From Polyangiaceae bacterium (GTDB lineage: Bacteria; Myxococcota_A; Polyangia; Polyangiales; Polyangiaceae): a stretch of 64,000 nt of DNA. The position numbers and the translations under genes are program-made. Shown here in pieces: positions 27,539 to 35,147 of the stretch. The stretch covers positions 32,001 to 96,000 of the forward strand of contig JBNKBE010000016.1 in the NCBI GenBank assembly GCA_050287085.1. Direction: 5' to 3'. The number at the start of each line of letters is the position of its first letter. Within the stretch, counting starts at the first letter, position 1. The notes under the pieces are model-generated. The model worked only from the letters and a program-made list of their open reading frames with translations. It was not told the DNA's origin and did no database searches.

Positions 27539-28630
27539 ATGAAAAAGCTCTGCTCGGTTGGGTCGCTCCTGGCGGTGGTAGCCGCTGTCTCTCTGCTCTC
27601 GCTTCATGGGGCTGAGGCGGCCCCGAAGGGAGCGGCGCCGAAGCGCCCAGAGAACGGCAGTTCGATTGCGAAGTCACAACCCGTCGTAGCGACCCCCGCG
27701 CCACTGCGCGTTCCGCTGAAGCCGCTTCGGAACATTCCGCGCAACTGGACCACAGTTCACGCCTACGAGCGTGGGGTGCGCGACGCGATGGATATTGCAG
27801 CGACTGGTGCATTCAACGGTGTGCCGGCGCTGGGCGGCTTCCGCGTTCACTTTGAGAATGGCGACCACAAGTTGCGACGCGTCGGCGTCGCTCCCAAAGG
27901 AGCTCTCGCGCAGTTTTCCTTCAGCGATCAGAACGGGGACGATCCCTACGCGGCAACTGCGACTTGGGCTCTGCTCGGCGCTGGGACATCCGGCGTTGTA
28001 CACGCAAGCGGCAGCGGACGCTTCGAGATACCGCTCGGGTCGGTGAAGGCGGGGCACACGCTGGTGCTGTCGGGGTTCGAGTTTCAGCGAAAAGGAGGGA
28101 CTGACGCCAACGTACGGACCATAGGTATTTGGCTGGACTCTCAGAAAGCGACGGCGCGAGTCTCGCTGATCGATGATCAGGGGGCTGACTTCCGCGGCTT
28201 TGAGCGTACGCTTGGGATGGCGTTCCTCAGTTCTTTGGTGCCGCTCGGGGACTTGGCGGCGCAGACCAGTACGATGAGCGGCGCGATGCATCGCTTGCAG
28301 GACGGCGCGCTGCGTCCCTACGCCGTGTCAGTGTATTATGCGTGGATCCCGAACGAATTGGTGGAAGGAACAGACAGCTTCACCGGCACAAGTCGTATGC
28401 CTTCATCGGGGCGCCAGTTCCCAGGAAACGGTGTGATTCAGGGCTTCGAATTCTACTTCGGAAACAGCGATCATCACTTGCTGGACTTTGGGGTCCTCGG
28501 CAAGCTGATGAATCCACCCCCGCCCGCGATGCAGACGCCGTCCGGAGAAGCGGTGGCCTTCCAGGATAACAACCGCGATGATCCTCTGACCTGGGCCGTG
28601 CGCATGGTTCGGCTCACGCCGCGACCGTAG
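27539..28630 (+). CDS. Secreted hypothetical protein with threefold internal motif repeat
   Basis: Signal peptide (AEA), and a GF.x.F...D(H)...G(V/I)...D...D motif occurring three times. Confidence 0.65.
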   Translation: MKKLCSVGSLLAVVAAVSLLSLHGAEAAPKGAAPKRPENGSSIAKSQPVVATPAPLRVPLKPLRNIPRNWTTVHAYERGVRDAMDIAATGAFNGVPALGGFRVHFENGDHKLRRVGVAPKGALAQFSFSDQNGDDPYAATATWALLGAGTSGVVHASGSGRFEIPLGSVKAGHTLVLSGFEFQRKGGTDANVRTIGIWLDSQKATARVSLIDDQGADFRGFERTLGMAFLSSLVPLGDLAAQTSTMSGAMHRLQDGALRPYAVSVYYAWIPNELVEGTDSFTGTSRMPSSGRQFPGNGVIQGFEFYFGNSDHHLLDFGVLGKLMNPPPPAMQTPSGEAVAFQDNNRDDPLTWAVRMVRLTPRP

Positions 28631-28969
28631 GCGTTGGCAGCGGTGCGGCATGAATCGCACGTATCCGCTATCTGGTGCGCGCTATCACGTTGTGACGAGG
28701 GTGACTGGCCTGAAACAGTCCGTTCTGGAGCACACCAGTTGCGGCCTCATTGGGATTGGTGAGCTAGGGTGTTATCGAAGCCCGCTCTAGGGAAGGCGGG
28801 CGGCAGATCGGTCTCTTGGGCTTGTGCGTGCGTGGTGCCGGACGTACGCTGGATGCGCCCTTTGCCCTTTTGCAGGGCGAGCGGGCGCGCTGCTTCTGTG
28901 GCAGTGTGGTAACTCGGCAGCGCTTCGCGTTGTCACCGCAGTCACGCTGTGGATACAAGGAGAGCTTTG

Positions 28970-30190
28970 ATGATATCGGGTCGTACAGTGACGGTTGGCA
29001 GTGCGGTTGGCCTTTTTCTGAGTGCTTGCGGCGTGGAGCCGGTGGACGGCAGTCCGGCGGGCGGCGCGTCGGGGATGGCGGGCGCCGGCGGGGGCGCTGG
29101 CGCCCCCGCGGAAGTGGCGGGCGGCGGCGCAGGGGGCACGGCCCCGGGCGCAGCAGGCGCGGTCGGAGTGGCCGGCATGACCACGGGCGGCATGACGGGC
29201 GCATCCGGTAACAGCGCTGGGGGCGCGAGCGCGGGCACCGACGGCGGCGGCATGGGGGGTGGTGTGGACGTTGCGGGTGCCGGAGGTGCTGAAGGCGGCG
29301 CTGCGACTGGCGGCGCTGCGACCGGAGGCGCTGAGACTGGCGGCGCTGAGACTGGCGGCGCGGGCTCGGAGCCCAGCGTGCCGGGGGCAATTCCGCTCGG
29401 AAACGATCCGGTGAAGAGCGCCGGCTGCGGCAGCATGCCGACGCTTACCGCGGGTAAACATACCATCATGAGCACGGGTCAACAGCGCAGCTACATCATC
29501 GATATTCCCAACGGCTACGATATGGACGAGCCACACCGGCTGTTCTATACCTCCCACTGGATCGGGAGTACCTCGGAGGCTGTCCGCGACCAGAACTACT
29601 ACTTCCTGAAGCCGCTAGCCCAGCGCGACGGTGTCCCGGCCATCTTTGTTGCGCCTCAGTCGGATGGTGACCGGTGGCAGGAGAAGGATCACGCACTCTT
29701 CGATGACCTTCTCGCGCTGGTCAAAGAAGATCTGTGTATTGATACGACGCGGGTGTTCGCGACTGGCTTTAGTTTTGGGGGGATGATCACCTACTCGCTG
29801 TCGGTCAACCATCAAAAAGACATTCGCGCCGCCGTGGGCATTGCCCCTGCCAACTACAATATCTATGTCCCGCCGCGCACCGGAGAGCCCATCGCCTGGA
29901 TGCAAACCACGGGCATGAACGACGGGACATGTCCTTGGGTGCAGCAGAACAGCGTCACCAACGGTGCCAAGTTCATTGCGATTGAACATGCCACCGACAA
30001 CGGCTGCGAGGTGCCGAACGACCTTCCGACCTGGCAAAACGGCGGGCACCTTTGTTACGATTTCGAGGGTTGTCCGAGTGAGTACCCCACCAAAGCGTGC
30101 ACCTTTAACGGCGATCACACCAACATCAGCAACGAGAACGGGCAGAACTGGATCCCGAATGAGTCTTGGGACTTCTTCATGCAGTTCTAG
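28970..30190 (+). CDS. Lipoprotein alpha/beta-hydrolase esterase (CE1/feruloyl esterase/PHB depolymerase-like) with Gly-rich linker
   Basis: Lipobox LSAC, SAGCG, RSYIIDIP, LCIDTTRVFATGFSFGG nucleophile elbow, F.GDH, WDFFMQF. Confidence 0.85.
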   Translation: MISGRTVTVGSAVGLFLSACGVEPVDGSPAGGASGMAGAGGGAGAPAEVAGGGAGGTAPGAAGAVGVAGMTTGGMTGASGNSAGGASAGTDGGGMGGGVDVAGAGGAEGGAATGGAATGGAETGGAETGGAGSEPSVPGAIPLGNDPVKSAGCGSMPTLTAGKHTIMSTGQQRSYIIDIPNGYDMDEPHRLFYTSHWIGSTSEAVRDQNYYFLKPLAQRDGVPAIFVAPQSDGDRWQEKDHALFDDLLALVKEDLCIDTTRVFATGFSFGGMITYSLSVNHQKDIRAAVGIAPANYNIYVPPRTGEPIAWMQTTGMNDGTCPWVQQNSVTNGAKFIAIEHATDNGCEVPNDLPTWQNGGHLCYDFEGCPSEYPTKACTFNGDHTNISNENGQNWIPNESWDFFMQF

Positions 30191-30304
30191 GCCTGCAGTC
30201 TAGGGGCATGCACGTGGGTTTGGCCCGACTGCGGAAGGACAAAGGCGCCTAGCGTGGGTCTGAGCTTGCTCGGCGCTGTCACCAAGGATGCTCCGAAGCG
30301 TCCC

Positions 30305-30331
30305 TTCTCCGAAAGTGACGACTTCGGAGAA
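30305..30331. terminator. 9-bp stem hairpin between convergent genes (possible terminator)
   Basis: TTCTCCGAA-N9-TTCGGAGAA; no U-tract. Confidence 0.4.
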
Positions 30332-30362
30332 CGACGACCTGGGCGAGATGGCCACTAGCGGC

Positions 30363-31004
30363 TTATTGCTGCGGTTTGCGCGTGACGAGGAAGAGGTCGT
30401 GACTCTTGGTCGGATAGAAGCCGGCTTCCTCCACGCTTAGCCGGACCCGCTCGATGGCGCTTCGAAGTGCCGCTTCGGTGATGAAACTGACAAAAGGCGC
30501 CCGACCGAGAACTCTCATCAGCGGAATGATTCCGCGAAACAGGAAGTTGCTATCGCCAAGGCAAGGGGTCTTGGTTATCAAGACCCCGCCCGGCTTGAGC
30601 CGAGAGCAACAGAAGGTGATGGCCGCTTCGATATCTGGCAGCAGATGAAGGAGATTGAACGCCATCACAACGTCGTAGGACCGCGTATCGGCGGGGGCAT
30701 CCCCCAACTCGCAGACGCTGAAGCTGACGTTCTCAACGCCTTGCGCTCGCGCTTTGGCTTGGCCCAAGCGGATCATCTCACCGGAGATATCGGTGGCCCG
30801 CACACTCGCCACGTAGGGCGCTAGGTGAAGGGCGGTGGTGCCGGTACCACAACCCAACTCCAGGACGTGATCCTCTGGCTTCAGGTAGTCGCGCACCCGT
30901 GCCAACGTTTGCTGATAGGCGCTGTCGTCTGGAACCGGCCTTTGAGCGTATTGTGCTGCTATTCGATCCCAGAACTGGGCGTTTGGGGGGAAGGATCGGC
31001 TCAT
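30363..31004 (-). CDS. Class I SAM-dependent methyltransferase
   Basis: FWDRIA..Y, VLELGCGTG, YDVVMAFNLLH, LKPGG; likely start ATG 31004. Confidence 0.9.
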   Translation of the reverse strand: MSRSFPPNAQFWDRIAAQYAQRPVPDDSAYQQTLARVRDYLKPEDHVLELGCGTGTTALHLAPYVASVRATDISGEMIRLGQAKARAQGVENVSFSVCELGDAPADTRSYDVVMAFNLLHLLPDIEAAITFCCSRLKPGGVLITKTPCLGDSNFLFRGIIPLMRVLGRAPFVSFITEAALRSAIERVRLSVEEAGFYPTKSHDLFLVTRKPQQ

Positions 31005-31023
31005 GGCGGGCTCCGACGCGCGC

Positions 31024-31431
31024 TCAGTGTTCGCTGGGGCTGGCAGGCAACTCGTATTCGAACGCGTAACGGTGCACGCCGCTGACGAGCTCGATGGACA
31101 TGTCACCTTGTAGGCCACGAAGCTCACCCGTGCCGGAATTGGGGACGACAGTGACGGACGACGAGCTCTTGCCATCGTGCATGGTTGCGGAGTGTTGCAG
31201 CACGAAGGTTCCGCTGCGCTCACCAAGGGTGCCTTGCACGCGTTCCAGGGCGACGTAGCCCGCCGAACCCTCCACCTGCGTGCGCGCGCCGAGCATTTCG
31301 ACCTGGCTCGAGCCTCGCAGCCCCCCACTGAACTGCTTGTCAAAATGCCCGCGCGCGAGCGATATGCCGTGCGCGTTGTCGTAGGGAGGCTCGAACTTGG
31401 CTGATACCTCGAAGGTGCCCACGGCTTTCAT
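31024..31431 (-). CDS. DUF3224 family protein
   Basis: KQFSG.L.GSS...ML...SAGYVALE...GTFVLQH...VVPNSGTGEL.GL.G. Confidence 0.85.
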   Translation of the reverse strand: MKAVGTFEVSAKFEPPYDNAHGISLARGHFDKQFSGGLRGSSQVEMLGARTQVEGSAGYVALERVQGTLGERSGTFVLQHSATMHDGKSSSSVTVVPNSGTGELRGLQGDMSIELVSGVHRYAFEYELPASPSEH

Positions 31432-31643
31432 GCCGATACCGTAGCCCCATTTGCCTTTCGGTCTTGAAGAAAAGCGACATGCGACGCCCGCTACCGATGT
31501 GACGATGCCGAAGAGAGTTGCCCGAGCTGCCTCCTAGTGGCAATGGCCATGGTGGCGGGGGCTGTGGTCGTGGGCGCTGCGGCGCAGCCACCCGAGCGAG
31601 CGCTGGCAACCTCGACGCCTGAATGGCTTGTCTGCTTGAGCAC

Positions 31644-32318
31644 TCACTCGGCTTTGGCTGCTGCACATACCGCAATGTTGAACATGGGGGAACCTATGGC
31701 ACCCCACATGCGAAGCCAGAGCGGAAGATACATTTCCGTTCCGCGCGCGGCTGTGATGTCGCCCAGGTCGAGCACATGGGACCAGCCGAACCACTGCTTG
31801 AGTACGTTGGTCTCTACCGTGCGCTTTGCCTCATCGTCGTTGCCACAAAGGAATAGCGTGTGATCTCCTGGCACTGTCTTCGGGTTGATCATGACGGGAG
31901 CGCTCACAGTGTTGAGCGTCTTGACCACTTTTGTCCGGGGGAAAGTGGCTTGGATTTGTTCACCCAATGACGTGTGGTTGCAGGTGCTGAGCACCGGTGG
32001 CATGCCCCCGCTGAAGTCGAGGGGGTTGGAGACGTCGATCAGGATTTTACCTGCGAGTTGGCTTTCTCCGGCCAGGGTGAGGGCTTCCAGCGATGCGACA
32101 CCTGCCGTGCAGTTGAAGACGAGCTCAGCCGCGTCGGCAGCGGCGGAGAAGGTGGACAGATGGGCGTTGCCGGCACTGCTGCCGAGCGTCTCGAGCCATG
32201 CTGCACCCTTGGTATTGTGGGCGCTACGCGAACCCAGCCAGACCTCGTGCCCCAGGTGGCTGAGCCTTGTGCCCAAGGTCGTTCCGACATTACCCGTACC
32301 TAAGATTGCGATTTTCAT
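31644..32318 (-). CDS. NADPH-dependent F420 reductase-like (F420_oxidored family) oxidoreductase
   Basis: MKIAILGTGNVG, IDVSNPL, SLGEQIQ, VVKTLNT. Confidence 0.85.
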   Translation of the reverse strand: MKIAILGTGNVGTTLGTRLSHLGHEVWLGSRSAHNTKGAAWLETLGSSAGNAHLSTFSAAADAAELVFNCTAGVASLEALTLAGESQLAGKILIDVSNPLDFSGGMPPVLSTCNHTSLGEQIQATFPRTKVVKTLNTVSAPVMINPKTVPGDHTLFLCGNDDEAKRTVETNVLKQWFGWSHVLDLGDITAARGTEMYLPLWLRMWGAIGSPMFNIAVCAAAKAE

Positions 32319-32418
32319 GATGATGGCTTTCTGCTGTCAGGAGTTCGCACAGCAACTTCGTTGATGACCGGAGACGCCAGTGTATCGCCGTCTGGGTTGG
32401 GGTGAAGAGCCTCGTGGG

Positions 32419-32452
32419 TTGATTAATTGTTAACTTTTTGTCATTAGTTTGT
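32419..32452. promoter_or_regulatory. AT-rich divergent promoter/LysR-binding region
   Basis: TTGATTAATTGTTAACTTTTTGTCATTAGTTTGT immediately upstream of lysR in a GC-rich background, between divergent genes. Confidence 0.45.
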
Positions 32453-32453
32453 C

Positions 32454-33368
32454 ATGGCCGATCCGTTCTCCGGGGTAGAGGCATTTGTGGCTATCGCGCG
32501 TTGTCGGAGCTTTCGCGCTGCCGCGCGAGAACTTGGGGTGAGCAGTCCTGCCGTCAGCAAGGCCCTTCGCCGACTCGAGGAAGACGTAGGGGTTCGCTTG
32601 CTGGACCGCACCACTCGCCGCGTCGAGTTGACAGCGGAAGGGCGCCTCTTCGTGGAGCATTGCCAGGAAGCCCTGACGCAGGTGCAGGTTGGACGTCAGC
32701 GTCTGGAGCAGGCCCGTTCCGTTGTCGCGGGCGAGCTCGTGGTCGCCCTGTCATCTATTCTCGGGCCCACCGTCGTTAGGCACCTGCCGGAGTTTGGTCG
32801 CCGCTATCCGGGGCTGAAGGTTCGGATGACGTTTGCCGATCGGATGAGTCAGCTGGTTGAGGAGCACATCGACGTGGCGCTACGGATCGGTTCGCATGAC
32901 GCTACGACGGCGATCAGCCGCAAGGTACTGAGCACCCGTTGGGTTACCGTCGCGGCTCCGGCCTACGTAGCGGAACGAGGGCAGCCGGAGTGTGCGGACG
33001 ATCTGGCGGGACACGATTGCGCGGCCTACCGTTCGCCGCGAGGTGTGGTGGTCCCTTGGGAGTTTTGCGAGCCCGGATCGCTACGGACTATGCGAGTGCG
33101 CGTCGAGCCGCGCCTCGTCGTTGACCAAGGACAGCTGTTGTTGGACGCCGCCATGGCGGGCGCGGGTCTAGTGCACGTCCTCGACTTCATGGTGCAGGCC
33201 GAGCTCCAGCGGGGAACACTGGTGCGGGTCCTTCCGTCTCTTGAGTGTAAGGGGCCGGCCGTACACGCCCTCTGCAAGCCGGGGCACCAACAGGTTCCTA
33301 AGGTGCGGGCTCTATTGGACTTCATCCGCGACAAGTTGGCCAGCGCCCATTCGCTACCGGGGAGATAG
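32454..33368 (+). CDS. LysR family transcriptional regulator (CrgA-like)
   Basis: SFRAAARELGVSSPAVSK.LRRLE..VGVRLLDRTTR HTH; IDVALRIG; PKVRALLDF. Confidence 0.92.
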   Translation: MADPFSGVEAFVAIARCRSFRAAARELGVSSPAVSKALRRLEEDVGVRLLDRTTRRVELTAEGRLFVEHCQEALTQVQVGRQRLEQARSVVAGELVVALSSILGPTVVRHLPEFGRRYPGLKVRMTFADRMSQLVEEHIDVALRIGSHDATTAISRKVLSTRWVTVAAPAYVAERGQPECADDLAGHDCAAYRSPRGVVVPWEFCEPGSLRTMRVRVEPRLVVDQGQLLLDAAMAGAGLVHVLDFMVQAELQRGTLVRVLPSLECKGPAVHALCKPGHQQVPKVRALLDFIRDKLASAHSLPGR

Positions 33369-33501
33369 CCGCCTCGGGTTTCAGGGCGCCCCATCGCTGT
33401 GATGCAGAACTCGCCGGCCGCCTTCGGTGGCGGAGCTGAAGCCGTGCTGGCCACCTATACGCGCAAATAGTTCCCGGCGAGGTTCAAGTTCGCGCGTGCC
33501 T

Positions 33502-33963
33502 CTAGCCTACAGTGCTTTCAGGCTTCTCGGAGGACGCGCGCAGACCACGGAGATTGTGAGCTATGGCATTGGCAAATTGACCACGGAGTGGCCAGGCGAA
33601 AAGGCTTCCAAGCAGTCCCCCCTTCAGGGTGAACGTCATTGTTTGCTGAACCCGTGTCCCTTGATTGGCGCCGTCGGATAACACAAAGTCAACGACCAGC
33701 CCGCTGAAGATGGGGGGCAGGCCCTCATAGACCTCAAGGGTGTAGCCGCGGCCTTCGGACCACCGCGTGGCTCGCTCTTTGGCATAGCCCCGGGGGGCGA
33801 TGTCGCAGTGCCGGGCCGCGCCCACGCCCGTTCGTTGTTCGGATTCCCAGTGGGAGGCGCGTACGTTTGGGGAATAGTCCGCCACCGCTCCCAGATCGGC
33901 GAGCAGCGTCCAAACACGTTGTCGAGGTGCACGAATGTCTATGGCTTGTGTGATGCTAGGCAT
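33502..33963 (-). CDS. SRPBCC/polyketide cyclase family protein
   Basis: I.I.AP...VW..LADLG....YSP; GVGAARHC; start ATG 33963. Confidence 0.8.
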   Translation of the reverse strand: MPSITQAIDIRAPRQRVWTLLADLGAVADYSPNVRASHWESEQRTGVGAARHCDIAPRGYAKERATRWSEGRGYTLEVYEGLPPIFSGLVVDFVLSDGANQGTRVQQTMTFTLKGGLLGSLFAWPLRGQFANAIAHNLRGLRASSEKPESTVG

Positions 33964-34018
33964 GGTCCTAGCGTTACCTGCAGCCGCTTTCCAGTGAAAC
34001 GCCCCTTGCTGATACCCG

Positions 34019-34960
34019 TCATGCGTCCGGCGCATGGTGTTCGGCAGCCATGATCTTTGCCACCCGTCGCAGCTGAGCCCGGATCCACACTGCTCTGGGA
34101 TCTCGATGCGTTCGCTCGTGCCACACCATGGCGAAGCGCGTGGGAGGTAGTTCGAAGGGGACGCGTCGCACCTCGAGCCCGCCAAGGCGCGAGAAGTAGT
34201 GAGCGAGCGACGAAGATGTGGTCAGTAGAAGATCGCTTCTCGAGGTGAGCAGTGGGGTGATCGATGCCTGCTGATACGGAACGCGCAGCACTTTGCGGCG
34301 TGATAACCCATGGCGCGCGAGAGCTTCATCGATAGCATTGCTCCCGTGTCCGTGCAGGGTGACCTCGAGATGTTCGAACCCGGCGTAGGATTCAGTATTC
34401 CACGGAAGCTTCGCACGCGGATGACCGGTTCTCAGCAGGCAAGACCAGTCGAGGTCAAGAAGGTCACGGGAGTAGATACCGGCCTCATCACCGACAGGAG
34501 CGCCCACGCTGAGTTCGATGTCGCCCGAAGCTAGCTGCGACCTCCAATCAATAGACCACTGTACCACGCGCAGGTCGAGGCCCGGAGCTGACTTGCGCAG
34601 CAGCTCGAGCAGCGGTGGTACGAGCTGCAGTACCACGACGTCTGGCGCGCACAGTCGGAGTTCACCCCGCGCGCTGGCGGGCTCGAATGCCGTTGGCACG
34701 ATCAGTGAACCGATTTGGTCGAGGAGTCGCTCTACGTCAGGGAGCAGGGAGAGCGCGCGCGGGGTGAGTTGCATCACCGTACCCGCCCGCACCAGAAGCT
34801 CATCGTCGAGGAGTTCACGAAGTCGGCCGAGGGCGCGGCTCATCGCAGATTGGCTTAGGGCAACTCGTCGTGCTGCCCGAGTCACATGTGCTTCGACCAG
34901 CAGTGCGTGTAGTGGCACCAGCAAGTTCAGGTCCACACTCGACAAGTCGCGCTTCGGCAT
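34019..34960 (-). CDS. LysR family transcriptional regulator (NodD/ToxR-like)
   Basis: VDLNLL..LHALL.E.HVTRAA....LSQSAMSRALGRLR; WHERTHRDP...W.R. Confidence 0.92.
   Translation of the reverse strand: MPKRDLSSVDLNLLVPLHALLVEAHVTRAARRVALSQSAMSRALGRLRELLDDELLVRAGTVMQLTPRALSLLPDVERLLDQIGSLIVPTAFEPASARGELRLCAPDVVVLQLVPPLLELLRKSAPGLDLRVVQWSIDWRSQLASGDIELSVGAPVGDEAGIYSRDLLDLDWSCLLRTGHPRAKLPWNTESYAGFEHLEVTLHGHGSNAIDEALARHGLSRRKVLRVPYQQASITPLLTSRSDLLLTTSSSLAHYFSRLGGLEVRRVPFELPPTRFAMVWHERTHRDPRAVWIRAQLRRVAKIMAAEHHAPDA
34021..34035. promoter_or_regulatory. Putative LysR box (ATGC-N7-GCAT, T-N11-A) about 60-70 bp upstream of the SRPBCC gene
   Basis: ATGCGTCCGGCGCAT dyad overlapping the lysR 3' end. Confidence 0.45.
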
Positions 34961-35028
34961 GGCGCCTTTGATATCACGTTCTTTGACTGTCTGTTACCGA
35001 CCGCGTGGGCCCAGAGCGCGGGCGCGTG

Positions 35029-35100
35029 CAGGGCTGGGTGATGGACAGGGCTGTGTAATGAACAGGGCTGTGCACCGGACAGGGCTGGGTGATGAACAGG
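35029..35100. repeat. Intergenic tandem repeat, 4 x 17 bp plus a partial unit
   Basis: CAGGGCTGGGTGATGGA / CAGGGCTGTGTAATGAA / CAGGGCTGTGCACCGGA / CAGGGCTGGGTGATGAA / CAGG. Confidence 0.85.
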
Positions 35101-35147
35101 TGACGCGCCGTGTTGCGCGAACCTGAACATGGGGAAGGGTCGAGACG

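Noticed and set aside
28764..29557. Pro/Arg-rich minus-strand ORFs
   Set aside because: Antisense readings of the Gly/Ala-rich esterase linker.
30363..31343. ORF-track long starts (also 6796, 13625, 34185, 42187, 44322, 45474, 46583, 23110, 21225)
   Set aside because: The extensions overlap neighbouring genes or precede better RBS/motif-supported starts; trimmed starts were used.
35029..35100. Possible mini-CRISPR array
   Set aside because: 17-bp period, no unique spacers of CRISPR length, and no cas genes.
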